DNA from: the human T2T-CHM13v2.0 reference genome, Homo sapiens | Assembly (NCBI RefSeq): GCF_009914755.1 | Contig: NC_060926.1 | Direction: 5' to 3' (one strand) | DNA length: 64,000 bases | Shown here: positions 1-50,052 of the stretch, piece after piece | Numbering within the stretch: position 1 is the first letter of the stretch | Layout: every line of letters begins with the position of its first letter | Notes under the pieces: model-generated | Database searches by the model: none | The model's input: the letters and a program-made list of their open reading frames with translations, nothing else | Told to the model about the DNA's origin: nothing | Translations under genes and position numbers: made by a program

Positions 1-910
1 CGGCTCACTGCAACCTCTACCTCCCAGATTCAAGCGATTTCTGGCTAATTTTTGTAGTTTTAGTAGAGACGGGGTTTCACCATGTTGGCCAGGCTGGTCT
101 CGAACTCAAGTGATCTGCCCACCTCAGCCTCCCAAAGTGCTAGGGTTACAGGCATGAGCCACCCGTGCCAGGCCCTGAACACTTTTTTTTTCTTTTTCTT
201 TTTTTTTTTTTTTTTGAGATGGAGTCTCTTGTTCTTGTCGCCCAGGCTGGAGTGCAGTGGCGCGATCTTGGCTCACTACAAGCTCCGCCTCCTGGTTTCA
301 TGCCATTCTCCTGCCTCAGCTTCCCAAGTAGCTGGGATTACAGGCGCCCGCAACCACGCCCAGCTGATTTATTGTATTTTTTAGTAGAGACGGGGTTTCA
401 CCGTGTTAGCCAGGCTGGTCTCGATCTCCTGACCTTGTGATCCGCCTGCCTCGGCCTCCCAAAGTGCTGGGATTACAGGCGTGAGCCACCGCGCCGGCCC
501 TGAACCACTCTTCATCAACTTATCTGGGACCCTGAAATGAAATAGGGTGACCCATTTTCTAGCTTTATATGATTTTCTGGCTTCATATGATTTAAATATT
601 TTTACCGTTTTTTGTTTGTTTTGTTTTGTTTTTGAGACAGGGTCTCTGTCACCCAGGCTGAAATACAATGGCCCAATGACAGCTTACTCTAGCCTCGACC
701 TCCCAGGCTCAGGTGATTCTACCACCCCAGCCTCCAGAGTGGCTGGAGCCACAGCCACGCACCTAACACCTGGTTCATTTTTGTATTTTTTTATAGAGAC
801 GGGGTTTTACCGTGTTGCCCAGGCTGGTCTCACACTCCTGGGCTTGACCAGTTCACCCTCCTTGGCCTTCCAAAGTGCTGGGATTATAGGCATGAACCAC
901 CGTGCCCAGC
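1..910 (-). mobile_element. Three tandem antisense Alus (~1-173 internally deleted, ~183-498, ~608-910 AluJ-like)
   Basis: Poly-T followed by reverse-complement Alu consensus. Confidence 0.93.
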
Positions 911-1099
911 TTTTGAAAAACCTGTACAATAAAAAGTTTGGACTAATGTTCTTTGAGCCCTTAAAAAAATGCTATTCAATTAAAAAAAAAACAAACCTAT
1001 AGTGTCTTATAACTCCAAATCCCATACTGTCACCCAACTGGTCTGCCCTGGTGACCACCATTTCCTGACAAACATTCAAATCACTCCTGAGGAATTGAA

Positions 1100-1520
1100 G
1101 AAATTCACATTTATGACCCAGTGACACTGGCCTTGTCTCAGTTCCTATAGTGTGTCATACTCTGTTCTGCACAGAAGTTTTGCTCATCCTATTCCTTTGT
1201 TTGCAGAGGTCCCTTCCCCATCCCCTATCTCTCAGGCAGACTCCTCATCTCAGTTTATTTACGACTTCCTCAGGGAAAGCCTTCCACACTTCCCTGACGG
1301 ATGACTTTCCCCTGTTGTGTGTGCTCATAGCACCATTTACCTACTTCGTATACTTGTGTGGTTATTTTATGTTTATTTGTGTGATTCTTTGATTGGTGTC
1401 TGTGCTGTCCCAAGATTAAAAACTTCATGAGAGAAGAAACCATGTCTTTTTCTTGTTTTTGTTTGCCATTGTATCCCCACTGAGAACATGGTGAATAAAT
1501 ACGTGTTAAATGAATGAATG
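1100..1520 (+). mobile_element. L2 3' end relic
   Basis: Ends in the L2-type tail aataaatacgtgttaaatgaatgaatg. Confidence 0.6.
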
Positions 1521-2053
1521 GCCTTTTTTTTTTTTTTAGCTGGAAGGACATAAAATTCTTACATACATATAGTTTTTAAGAATTATGGCTGCAGATATTT
1601 TGGATTTCATCTCTGGATTAAGTCAGAATGTCAGACAATTGTGTACTTGCACAGTAGTACTTTGTTCCTTTACATAATTGTTTTTTCTTAATTGAACTTT
1701 GGTAGTGTGCCCTTGGCTCAAATTGGCATATGCTGTAAGCAATAAAATGTTGCATTGATTGTATGGACACTCTTGAGGACAGTGTCTGCCATATCAAGTA
1801 CTATCCATTATATCAGGTAATATCATCAGGACCCAGAGGAGAAATTTCTCTCTGATCTTACTCCCAGAAAAAAAAGTGTGCTTTTCTTGAGCAACTGGTC
1901 TGTTTTTGTCTCGGAAGCACTGTTGTCTTAGGCCTAACTTTTGTTTCCTGAAGCTCAAAGTCAGATTTGTGACTGACATCTAAAAATTAGTTAGGGGTTT
2001 CTGGCATACCCTGTGTAAGCTAATCTCAGTTTTAGTTTCATCTTAATCTCTAG

Positions 2054-2888
<835 letters not shown>

Positions 2889-5789
2889 GTTCTAGGCATT
2901 AAGTTCTAATTGGTTCATTTGGGGACTCGAAATTCTCCATTTTATTTTATTTTATTTTTTCTGCTTTTGTCACAAAAGCACAGACATTGCTTAACAAAGA
3001 GGTCTGAGATGGGATATGAATGTTAAGCTCAGGGACATAGGGTCAACACTTTTGAGTGCACAGACTGGGAACCTGGCACAGTTTTAACAATCCCCTCCCC
3101 TATTTTCACCATCCCTTATTCCTGTAGAAGTAGAGCAGATGATTACGTATTCACTGCTATATGGCTTATTACCTTTGTAGGAATTCTAACTGAAGGGCTT
3201 GGCATTTGGCCTGACTGAATATCAGAATCCCTTTATTTTTCGTTCCATTGCAAAATAATTTTTTGTGCCATCAGTGAAATAACAGCTATGCAGTGGCATA
3301 TACAGCTCTGGAGACCAGGCATTAGAAGACTGTGAGACAAGAATAACTAGAACGATGATAAGGAGACACTGGAAGTCACTTTAGATTGATGACCAAAGAT
3401 TTCCTTATTTTGACCAGGAGGTCAGATCTCAAGGGTCCTTCTGAGTCCACTTTTGATTAGCCAAATTGTCTTTTCTTTCAGTTTGACTATAGGTTAGTCA
3501 ACCTTCCCTCCACATTCATCAGGGAATGTTAGCAATATGTCATATTTTTTTCTTGGTGTACCATTAAGCAATCTAAAGCTATGCTGTTACCTGTAACCAC
3601 TTGGATTAATTATTTTAGATTAGTTGGTTATACTTCTAGGTTTTATGGCTTTATCTTTTCAGTCAGCATTATTAACCAAGTTTTGGTAGCTTTTTCAAGT
3701 TTTGTAACCCCCATCCAGGGAGATCAGTGTCCTCTCAGACACTCCCAGGTAAGCATGATCTCCTGGAAGACGTGAGAAGTCTCTTAAATCATCTAATTAT
3801 TACATTGGAGCTATATAATAACTCCAGTATACCTGGAGTTATTATGCATATATGCAAGTTAGGTTCTAATGAGGCAAATGTAAGTAAATATGTTGTTGAT
3901 TCAGGAGGTAAAAATTAGGAGAGCCATGTGTAGTTTTAAGAACAAAAGAGGAATTACTTGTAACAAAAGTAAGTAAGAAAGGAATTCTCAGTTATCTCTT
4001 GGGTAGAGATACCTTGCATAGAGTTCAGCAAAAATTCCAAAGGTTGTCATAGGACTATGGAGGCCATTAGGCTAATTAAAATTTATAATATTGCCCATAT
4101 ATTTGTACTAAGTCTCATTCCTGAAGGATTTTATATTTGGGTTGAGGCTTTGAGAAATTCTAAGACTGGCTTGAGCAGTAAAACAAACCAAGTAAAAATT
4201 GCCATGGCTGTAAATAGTCAAAAAGGGGTAAGCTAAGTTTCTGCAAACTAAACAATTTCAGAGGGTGTAAGAATGTATTGGATAAAGGATGAAGATAAAA
4301 AGCACTTTGAAGACTATTGATACTCATCAGATTTTACCACTGATAATTTTTCAAGAGGAACTGTTTATGAAACTGTAAAGAGAAAATGGAGATACAAAAA
4401 GCCATCCAAGATGTAAATGCCGAAGGCCAAGTTTTGAGATAAACAGAAAATCACGAAAACTCATGTCTGGTGGATCTTCCATGGCCCCAGTGTGAGCAGA
4501 CAGTATTTTCCTTGAGGAGAAATACTAGTTTGGTGGGGGTAAGGTAGGGAGTTAGTTTAAGGATTAATCAAGAGAACTATACATGTGCTATTTAGGTTGA
4601 GGGAAAAGATCAGAATAGGCATGGGCAAAGCCTAGACTCAAATCAAGTTATCTATCAAGCAAGCTGACATATTCAGACAGTTTATTAATTACTTAGAGAA
4701 ATGCATGATCAGCATAGTGTCAGCTCCTCATGTCCCTCATCCGCAGGGTAACACTGAAACTAAACGGGACCACATGATAGGTAACATGAGTGGTGGGCAC
4801 TCTGGCTGAGGAACAGTTTCCATCCTGTAGCTAAGTAGTTTTTTAGCCTACAGCTACATCCTAAGGAGTGGGCAAGGTGGTGAATCTCAGACCTCATGGA
4901 ACCAGGGAAGGTGGATGAGAAACTGCCTCCCAGCAGGCTCCCACAAAATATGGAGGTTGGTAAGAAATAGCCTTGTAGCAGCACCTCACAATACTGCCTA
5001 TCTTTCCATATTCTGAAGGAACACAGAGCATTCTGCCAAAGCTTAGGTCAGCCTATCGTTGGGCTTACGTAAGTAGCCTATGTGGAGGCATGCGAGTTTT
5101 CCAGGGCACGAGTACAGAGCAGTTATCCTACCTTATCATCTATAGTAAGGAAGAAACGACCGTGTGAATTAGTACAAAAGCATGAAAAGAAAAATGTTAT
5201 AAGTAATCATTTCAAACATCTAGGAAATTTTGTTCTGTTGGTCTTAGGATAAGCATTCTGCTTCTATTAAGTTGTTTGCTCCTGGACTGCAAAGAAATCC
5301 TAGAGATTCTGACACAGTCACTTGGCACATTCTGAAGATTGTCTTTTTTTGTGGTGATCATATTATCCCAAGAAGTTTGCATTCATGAGTAATGTCATTG
5401 TACTATCATCTATCAGGAGTACTTGTATAGTCTTTTATAGAGGCTTTTGTGTTTCTTCCAGAAGACTCAGTTTCTGATCTGTAGCTTGTAACAGGAGCCT
5501 TTAGGCAAGCATAAAAAAAAAGCAGAAACTACTGTGGAGGTAAGACTGAATAGTTGAGGTTAATTTATTTTAATAGCCATCAATATCAGAGTGGAAAAAA
5601 GTAGAATCCTCTATTAAGGCATATCAGTTTGTAAAGATTTAATGAATAATTACCTTAGAATAAGAACATCATGGGTGACGAGGGTACTGACCATTTTCAG
5701 AGTCTTGAATTTTTATACCATAGGGTATTATGATTTTCCCCAGTTGTCTCAATCTAGATACTTAGATCTAGAGAAAAAATATTTTTAAC

Positions 5790-7410
5790 TATTTTTTAAA
5801 ATAACAGCTTTATTGAGATACATTTCACTTTTAAAGTGTACAGATCACTGGTTTTTAGTATATTCAGAGTAGTACAGTCATTACCACTATTTAATTTTAG
5901 AACATTTTCACCACTCCACAAAGTAACCCTTTACCCACTAGCATTCACTCCCTATTTTTCCCTCTAATCTACCTGGCAACTCCTAATCTACTTTGTATCT
6001 GTATAGATTTGCCTAAGATATAAAATCTTTTAAAATTATTGTTTATTAACTGAACAGTTATTTACCAGTCATTGGTACAAGAACATGAATATGCTCCTTT
6101 TTTAAAAAGGACATAATCAGTCTATTGTGTTTATATTAATAAAACGTCACATATATAATTAATTGACTGAGGAACTTATCTATTTGATGTATTACATTTT
6201 TTAAAGTCTTGTGTTTAGTAAACAAAACAGCTCTTATATAATAGTATTAAGCTAGTTCAAAATCTAGAGAATGATAAGAACTCTTAATTATTTCTATTAC
6301 CTCTTCTAGGTATTTCCCAAGATCACTAGGTTAGTATCTGATACATTACTAGGTGTTCAATTAAGAAAGCTTTATTTTATTTTGGTGATAGAGCTGGAAT
6401 TAGAATCCAGCTTTCCTCCCATGGAGTCTCCTTCTCTTTCCATTATACCACACATGCTTTCCACATGCGTCCAAAGCTGACATTTCAAAGGGTTTGGAAG
6501 CAGTTCATAGTGTGAATTATTTTTCTCTATTTCCTCTTTCTCTCGCATTTTTTGTAGCCATACAAAAATATACAAGTTTAAATCTGCTATTATATGAATG
6601 CTGAAATGATAAGTAGGCTAAGGGAAACTAAAAAAAATTTTAAAAGCTTGCAGTGTTTTATATCTCGTAACAAATATAAATGACCCACATTTCACACTTA
6701 AATAATGTATGTAAAGTAGGACATGAGTTTATGGGCATTTTTAGCATGTTTACTTTGTTTTTAAATAGCTCTAGTTAAAATGCTAAATATGAAGCAGTGA
6801 TTTCCAGATGTAATTTTTTTTATGCTTTAAGGAGCTCACGTTGAAGGAGAGGCGCAGTAAAAGAAAGGATAAACACTTATAGATTTTTTTTGTCATTTGT
6901 GTTTTAAATTTTATTGTGGTATAAATGTAGATAGCAAAGTACACAATACTTAAATGTATAACTTGATGGGTTTTTACAAATGTGTATAATGTATATATAG
7001 TAATCACACAGATTAATATACAGAATATTTCAGTACCTCAGAAGTTTCCTTAATACCCCTTTTTTTGTCACTTGCACTCGTGCAAGAGGTAATCACTATT
7101 CTGACTTCTGTTATATATTGGTTTGTCTGTTTTCAAAGTGCATATACATGAAATCATACAGTACTGTCTTGTGTCTGGCTTCTTTCACTCCTCATTATGT
7201 CTATAAGATTCCTCTATATTGTTTTTTTGTAGCAGTTGTTAATTTTTTCTTTGTAGTATTCTATGATATAAATAAAGCATAATTTATATATCTATTTGCC
7301 TGTTGATAGAGATTTGTTATTTATAATTTTTTACTATTATGACTACAGCTGTCAAAAACATTCTTATACTTGTCTTTTGGTGAATATGTGCACTCATTTT
7401 CTCGGATTGT
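5790..7410 (-). mobile_element. Old L1M 3'-end fragments (~5790-6015, ~6895-7410)
   Basis: Typical antisense L1M 3' UTR motifs (aacagctttattgagata; gtctggcttctttcactc). Confidence 0.65.
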
Positions 7411-8702
7411 AAGGTTTTGTAGTTTATAAAAGTTCAAAACATTTTAATTGAAATAGCCAGAATGCCAAGACTGCCTCATAAGCAATTTTCAAGTCTAAGT
7501 GAATATTACCTCTCTGATTTTATAGTAGAAGCTGGGGAAAATTCCAGTGACTTTACAGCCACTTTAGGGTCGTATCATATGCCTCTTCTATGATGCAAGA
7601 GTTATGGGTATTATACATTCAGGGATTCAGTAAATAGCAAGGTGCCATGCTAGGTGCTAGAGATACCTCTGTAAAAGACAGTCATACACCCTGCTTTCAC
7701 CAATGAACAAACAAGTCATTTGACATAATGTACAGAGTGCAATGATAAGAGAAATGAGAACTAGCAGAGGAGTACTTAGAATGAAGCATCTCACCTAAAT
7801 CTGGGTAGTAATGGGAGACATCTTGTAGGAAATGACATCTAAACTGCATCCGAAATACTGAATTGGAATTAGCCAGGTGAAAGAGGTGTGGTGAGGCTGG
7901 TGACATGAGCTGGGCATTGAGAGATTTTAGGCACTTTTTAAGGCTTGTAGACTTGAGAAATTGAAAGTAGCTGGGTGAGCAGAGGGAACCATTGAAGATT
8001 ATCTTTTTATTATAGAACACCTCAAAAAGAATAGAATGAATCCTCGTATACACATCCCAGTTTCAGCAGTTACCAACTCATGGCCAATCTTATTAAGACC
8101 ACGTCCACTATCCGTAGTGGATTATTTTGAAGCAGATTTGAGATATATCATATCATATCATTGAAGATTTATGGCAGGAGAGTGACATGATCAGTTTTGT
8201 ATTTAAGAAATTACACATACCTGGTAATTCTAAATTACCTTTAAAATGCCCACACCATAGTTTAGTTGTTTTTCATTTGCTGCCATTTATACATAGACAG
8301 TTACCTTTCTGCATGTACTATTTGTAGTAGTTTGCACTTTTTCAAACTATAGTGTTTTGGAAGTATGATTAAATGTTAAAATTGTTTTATGTATTCATCT
8401 TTCCATGTGTATCGGTTGGTTTATTTGCATTTTAAAATACTATTAATGAATATTTTGGTTTCTATCTATAAAATGTCATAATCAATATAAAAGTCAGTTT
8501 GTTTCTAGGATTCAGCCTCCATAATAGCAAAGATACTAGTATTTGGAAAGAAATTAGATTTATAGTTCTACTATGAATCTTTTTTACAGATTCAAGTTGA
8601 GGAATTGTTTTGTGGCTTGAGTTTTGTTACTATCTGTGTATGAAAATTTGGTTTTTTGTTTGTTTGTTTACTTAGTGTTTGTTGGTAAGAATTAATATTG
8701 AC

Positions 8703-9046
<344 letters not shown>

Positions 9047-9861
9047 TTATGAAAAACATTTGTATTAAATATGACCAACAGTACTAGTTTTGAATAAAAT
9101 GTTTTACACAGATAAGTTTAAAAAAATAGTATGACCCCAATCCAAAAGAAGGACGGTGACACAAACAGGCAAAGTATGCAAGCAATATAACAGGCAGGGA
9201 AAATTCAACTTCACTAGTCATCAAAGAAAGTAAAATTTTAGACCTATTAAGCTGGCAAAAAAAACCAACTGAAATTCCACCACCAACATTAGTAAAGTTG
9301 TAGTAAAACTAATCTGCTGATTCACTGCTAAAGATGATCTAAATTGGTGCAGCCCTTGTGCAAAGCATCATGGCGATACACGTCAAAATTCATGAGCATG
9401 GTAATTTCTGTAGACCAGAAATCTCACTCTTAAGTAAGCCCCATATCAAGAATAAAATTCAACCAAAGAATTACTTCATGCTTAAAAATGCTTATTGCCG
9501 AGTTATCGGCAAGCAATCAAATGCCCAGCTCTATGTGAATTATTTATGATATAAAAGAACTTGATCAAATGAATATACAGCCATGAAATGTAAAATATTT
9601 AAGTACAAAATACAAATTGTCGTATGCACACCAACTAAAATTTCTGAAAATATGTAAGCACAGGAAAGGGAACAATACAATAAAGAAAAAAGTTATGATT
9701 CAAATGAAGAAATGTTTAATTATTTGATACTGATACAGTATTTTTTAACTTAAAATGAGACAGATCCTTATGTGCCTTTTGAGGTTTCCCTTTAAGCCAC
9801 ATGCCTGTATTATCTATTGAAAGAATTATTTTTTAGAAATAAAAATAAAAAAAGAATAATT

Positions 9862-10269
<408 letters not shown>

Positions 10270-10456
10270 TTAAAACTATAGCTGTCTATGAGCCACTAAG
10301 TTAAAAATACCTTCCTGTAAGTCGAGTGTTTCTTAGAGCATTTTAGTTTAATTCCTTTTTTTGAAGAAAATTTAGTAGATGGTAACTATTGGAGTACTTT
10401 GGGATAGCACTGTATTTATTCATGCATTCATTTTGTGAGAATCAGTGATTTTAATC

Positions 10457-10611
10457 TAAGAGGTTTGCAAACTTCGGCTGCTGATAATGGTTCTTACATT
10501 CTTAAAGGAATGTTAAATGAAGACGAATTCGCAACAGAAACCATATATGGCCTGCAAATGTAAAATATTTACTATCTGGGCCTTTATAGAAAAATTTTTC
10601 AAGTGCTTGTC
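10457..10611. mobile_element. MER58-like hAT-Charlie MITE
   Basis: atatggcctgcaaa...aaaatatttactatctgggcctttatagaaaaa matches the MER58 end as I recall it. Confidence 0.6.
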
Positions 10612-10719
10612 TAAATGAATATAACATAAATCCTTGGCATATGCTTTTTTTCTTTTGAAAATCTTTCTGTAAGATTTGTTTTAGAATGATATTTGAAAAT
10701 TAAAATTTTCCTTCTATAG

Positions 10720-43359
<32,640 letters not shown>

Positions 43360-46300
43360 CTATTGTGTAACTGAGCAATTCTTTTCACTCTTGTGACTAT
43401 CTCAGTCCTCTGCTGTTTTGTAACTGGTTTACCTCTATAGTTTATTTATTTTTAAATTATAAACACTTTTCAGCTGCTAGTATCAGAACCACATGAAGTT
43501 ATAGCCTCTAAAGCCTGTGGTATTTTATATAATATTTTTATAACTTTAAGAGACTGTAGTAATTGACCTAAAAACTTATGTTAGCTTCAGTAAAAGTACT
43601 TTTATTGTAAATAAACAATCATGAACTCAACACTCTGCCTGAATATATGCCAGTTGTCTTTCATAATCAATGTTTAGATAAATGATTGCCACTTTTTATA
43701 TGGTTGTTTAGTTTCAAGCAATATGATGTACATTACTTTTGAGAAACAGTATTTTGACTAGGACCTCTCTTATTTGTCAGCACAGAACTGATTAATATGT
43801 AATGCTACCTGCTAATTAAAATGTAAAATCAAGTAAAGAAAACATTTTAAAATTACAATTAGCAGAGCAGTTCATGTTTAAGGGCATCACTTTTATTAGT
43901 ATTGGCAATATTATTTGTGTAAATGAAGCATTTGAATGTCATATCTTTTTAAAGTATTTTATTGTATACTGTATCATAGAAGTTGGAGGTATATAAATAG
44001 AACATTTTGCTAAAGTGAAAAATTTCCAAGTTCTCTAGCATAACTTTTTACATTTAATTTTTCATATGAAATAGCAATTAGTTACTGCTGTGTTACATTG
44101 TGATGTTTATGTATGTCAATGTTTTTGTCTTTAACAGCATAATTTATATTGCTTTTTCAAATGATGTAGCTGCATTAATTGTGTTCATCATGACTTTGGC
44201 GATTTTTAACAAAATTTTTAAAGACCCAGTGAGAGTCTGTAGTGATTATTACACGGATAATGTTTTAAATGTCTAGGTTCTGTATTTTTTTCTTAAATAG
44301 CAAGAAAATACAGATTGCTAGTATAGTCAACAGTATTTGGCTATCAATAAAGAATCTCTTTAAGATCTCACCCGGCTGGCATTCTGTAACAGAGGGGATT
44401 ACCTGGTGTTTTAAGTATTTAATGTCCTCATAGTGTGGAAATCCCCTAAATTGATTAGAAATTGTATTTTATGAAAAATAACTTGTATTCATTCTTGTGT
44501 ATTTATTACAATATATAAATAATGGCAACTCTTTGTTTTATACATATATAATTTATAACTGAATCTAAGTATTAGACTGCTACTCATATTTTGAACTGCA
44601 GGTGTAGGACAGTGTTTGCTGGTAACAACTCCAATGTGTATTAATAACTTGAAAAGGAGCATTTCACTATAAAAGATAATGAAGTAGGTAATGAAATCAG
44701 TCCTTGAATGAAAGCAGTGCCCTTGAGAAGGGATTTTTTTTTAAATATACAGTAAAATATTTCGTGGGAACCTAACACTCACATAGCATATGGTTTATTA
44801 ATAATGCATATCCTTTCTAATCACTTCTTCAATTCTTTTTGCTGCAGTTCTGTGCTAAAATGGGGTTGTGGTTAAGTGAACGAGAACTCTGCCTACCTAA
44901 GAAGTTCATTGTGTTCTAAGTGGAAGGAGAGTTACTGAAGGGAATGTGAATTTTTACCGTTTGTACTTAAGATACATTTGTTGTCTAAAATGGCTCTGGA
45001 TAACATTTTTGGGTTAAAAAATGTAATTTAAAGCCACCATAGAAAGTATTTTCTGATTTACTGTCCAAATGAATTTTGTTGTTAATTGAGAAGTCAATAA
45101 AATGGATTAAACTGACAGAAAAAAAACATATATATATATCCCAAGGTGTAATTTACTCTTTTGTCAGGATAAAATCAGAAAAATGGCTGATTTTAGTAAA
45201 TGAAATTTTTAGCAAATCTTTCATTCATGTAGTTTATAATTATTGTGTCAAGCAGTGCTGTTTACATTTTAAGCATCATACAAAAAAGATAATTTGGCTT
45301 GCTAAACATCAAAATAGAATCCAAACTCTTAACCGAATATCTTTTTTACAACTAAAAGAGATATTCCAAGATTTATTAAAGAGTCAGGTTTAAAAGTTAT
45401 TAATGCAAATTATGTAATGTTCATTTATTCAGTATTCTTGAGTCCCTGTTACCTCAATTGGTGTTCTAGAGGCTATTTTACAAGAAAGTTTGAACTTAGT
45501 TTCAAATTTGACAATATATTTTATATGAAAATGTTTATGTTTAAAATAACTTATTTATTATGCAGCATTTTTATTGTGATAACGTTAGTTTATGGGATAT
45601 TCTGTCATATCCTGTAAACATAGTTTATTTTTCTTCTTTTTTCCCATTTTCTCATACAAATTGAATAAGTAGCCATTTTCCCCCAATGAATACCTCTTCT
45701 TTTAGGTCAATTGGTGTTTTTAGAATCCATGTAATTTGATTTGCACTGTTAGATTGAAAAGTAAGTTACGTTCCTGTTCTTAGAAGCCACACATTTAGAG
45801 ATAACAGAAATAACTTGAGTCTTAAGAGTATGGATAGGCTCATCCAATGAGATGTAACTTAGCTATTCATACTGTTTGTGATGGAAATTCTATACCTGTT
45901 TACTGTGATGATGAATACAGTGGATATAGCAGGGGGTTGAAATGGAACACACAGAAGATCATGACAATTGAGATTCAGCAACTGCTGTCTCATATCTTGG
46001 TTAAGACCTCATTGTGAACCTTGAACACAAATCAGATGTTGGAGTGATTTCAAACTCTATTTCAACAATTGGGTCTGTTTCTATATGGACCCTCTATTTC
46101 CCAGCTGAATGTTTCAAACCCCCAAATTAGGCTGCAACCGAAAGAGCCTAATTGTGAAATGATGTGCGCTTATGTTTCTGTTTATCCTTTAGCCATGGAA
46201 CTTTAAAGAGTAGTGTTCCTCCTACTTACTTTAAGCTGGAAGAAGAGTTGAGTAGTAAATCCTGTGTGAACTTTTAGCTCAGCTACTCTGCTGAATTAAT

Positions 46301-48167
46301 TAGAGGTAGGAAGGACTTACAAGGGCTGGAAGTTTAAAGAGAATAAATTCATATTTTTTGTTCTGAATTGATTTCTGTGTAATTTATATCAGTATCTAGT
46401 TGCTTATCTGTGAAATTGGGTTAATTTTTATTGATCACATTTGATGTAAAGAATGAATTATTTTTGTAAAGTATTTGTAAATATAAAATTGCTTTATAAC
46501 TTGAATGAACATAATCATTATGCTCCCATTAGGGTGCATTAAGTTGTACAAATTCCAAAATAACATGGTATGGTTTGTATGGTTTAGCAATTTTACGAAG
46601 CTTCAGATGACATGCACTGGTGACACAACAGTAGAATTTCCTGAGAGGTTGAGTGAATATTAACCCATCAAGTTAGCAATTTCCTTAACTACATGAGTAT
46701 CAGGAAGACAGGACTTCCCTGCCTTAGAGCTATATAGACTTGGGCCTCTTCAAGATCTGACTTCTCTGCACATTCTATACAGGTTGGATATTGATGGAGG
46801 GTTAAAAATGCTATGACAGTTCATGGTGCATGGTGTGTTTGTTTAAATCATAGCATGTTTAGGCAAAGTGGCCAGCTCATTCAATATAAGAGCCACCAGC
46901 TCTTAGAAACAACAGATATATTCACACCCAGTCTGTAATATGTATTTCTTCAGGCATGTCACACTGCGGTCTTCCTGAAAGACTACTTACTTCATAAAGG
47001 TATTATGTTTCTTTAATTAATGGCCACTAGAAGTTAGGAAGCTCCTAGGGACCAGGATATGAGATCTTAAAGAGGCTGTCAGAATCTCTTCATTTGCATG
47101 ACATAGAATCTGTGGTGGAGATGTTTTCCCTGATGTTTTTGGAGGGTTGGACTGTGTTGAAGGCTGTACCTTGGTGGGGGTGGTCTGCAGTCATGCAGTC
47201 CACTGATAGGGTCCCCCACCCCGCAAGCTTCAATAATTGAGCTTTCTGTTAATTTCTTGAATTATCTTTTCAAAAATGGTTTGGCAGCACTTGATGACAT
47301 TATGTTCAAAATTAAGTCCAGTAAAATATATAAGCATTTGTAAACTATAATTATAGTTTAAATAAGACTTAGTTTAGGAAATCCAAGTTTTGACATATAT
47401 AACCAAACGGCCTAAGAGTTCAAAGCTATTTTCTTAGGTGTTACACCTTAGCATTTACATAATGCCTTCTCCCCAAGCAGTTTCATGTGGTTTGCAGAAA
47501 GTTTTGGCAGCTACCAGTCACTATATTGCTGGAGTTTTGTGTTTGAGTATGTCATTTATGTCATTTATCAGCAGTATCTGCCAGTTGTGACAAAGCCCTC
47601 CCTATTATCCTGCCTTTCCTGGAAAGGATACAGACCCAAGAAAAGTTAACATCTACATAGTACTTAGAATTTCTAATTTTAAAATAAGAAACAAAAAGCA
47701 CATTTAAAATAATATTTTATGCTTTTGGAGACAGGACCCACATGTATCTCCTTATTTTTATACTTGCCATAGAAACAAGCCTAGTTGTAGGCCTACAGTG
47801 GGTGCTTTGTTAACTGCTTGTTGATGGCTTCCTGACATCCATCCAAATGTCACTTTTACAGATGCTGTCACCCGTTAAACAGGTGTGGCAGAAGTATTCC
47901 ATGACTGCATTAGGAAGAATGCACCTTATGGGTTATATCTCTTTTGGTAGACAGCCCACCTGCTCTTTTTTGTCCCCACCCTCAGCCCAAGCAATGTGAA
48001 GACAGATTATGGCAACTTAGGAGCTCCATGTTTCCATAATAATTCATAACTTTAAGAGTCCTCCAGACTTACAAGATTACTTCATGGTGAAAGTTTGGAT
48101 TGATCAATAATTTATTCCTATAAAGGTCTGCAGGATTTTTTCTGTAACCAGAAAAGTAACTGCATAG

Positions 48168-49120
<953 letters not shown>

Positions 49121-49700
49121 AGTCTTTTATTTTAAAATAAATACTTAGTCCTAACCTAGTGAATTATCAATAGCATTTAAAATTCCTTCTATCCTGATAC
49201 CATGAACAGTAATTTTCCCTTTTAAGTTATGATTTGACTCTAATTTTGGGTCTTGTATCTGGTCTTTAAACACCTTTCGTTACCCTTTGGAATAGAACAA
49301 TCATGCTACTGTTAGCAAAATTATTGTAGGCATAAGGAAGAGCTGTGAGTTCAAAGAAGATTGTGAGTTCTTGGAATAGTATTTTACAGCGTTGTTTATT
49401 CTTGACCTTCTTGTTTTTTAAGCTTAGAGTTTATAAGAAAAAAGTGAATATATAGCTAATTATAGCATTTTAGAAAAAATTAGCTCTGCAGATAGTCAGG
49501 CCCCATACTTCTTGGCTCATTACTGATTTTAATACCTTCATGAGAGTATTAAGGTTGAAAGGAATGGTGAAATTTGCATTATCAGAGGTCTGATATGTAA
49601 TTTATTGTAAAGAAATTAAATATATAGAGGCTCAATTAAAAAATAACCATATTCTCAAACCTCCATTACCACTAATATCTTGGGGTTGTCAATGATAGAC

Positions 49701-49714
49701 TATATATATATGTA

Positions 49715-49772
<58 letters not shown>
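49701..49772. repeat. (TA)n microsatellite; pure (TA)23 at 49727-49772
   Basis: Read directly. Confidence 0.95.
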
Positions 49773-49773
<1 letters not shown>

Positions 49774-49777
<4 letters not shown>

Positions 49778-50052
49778 TTTTTTTTGAGACGGAGTCTTGC
49801 TCTGTCACCCAGGCTGGAGTACAGCTCACAGCAACCTCTGCCTCCCAGGTTCAAGCAATTCTGCCTCAGCCTCCCGAGTAGCTGGAATTACAGACGCCTG
49901 CCACCACACCCAGCTAATTTTTCGTATTTTTTAGTAGAGATGGGGTTTCACCATGTTGGCCAGGCTGATTTCGAACTCCTGACCTCAAATGATCCACCGA
50001 CCTGAGCCTCCCAAAGTGCTGGCCTTACAGGCATGAGCCACCACACCTGGCC
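49774..50052 (-). mobile_element. AluS, antisense
   Basis: Consensus; TSD tagactata at 49696 and 50053. Confidence 0.92.

Noticed and set aside
82-1002. Many 60-155 aa ORFs such as [13 protein letters not shown]...
   Set aside because: Translations of antisense Alu consensus; the same applies to similar ORFs across the window.
4640-5120. Possible ancient LTR
   Set aside because: Looks LTR-like in composition, but I could not identify a family or termini.
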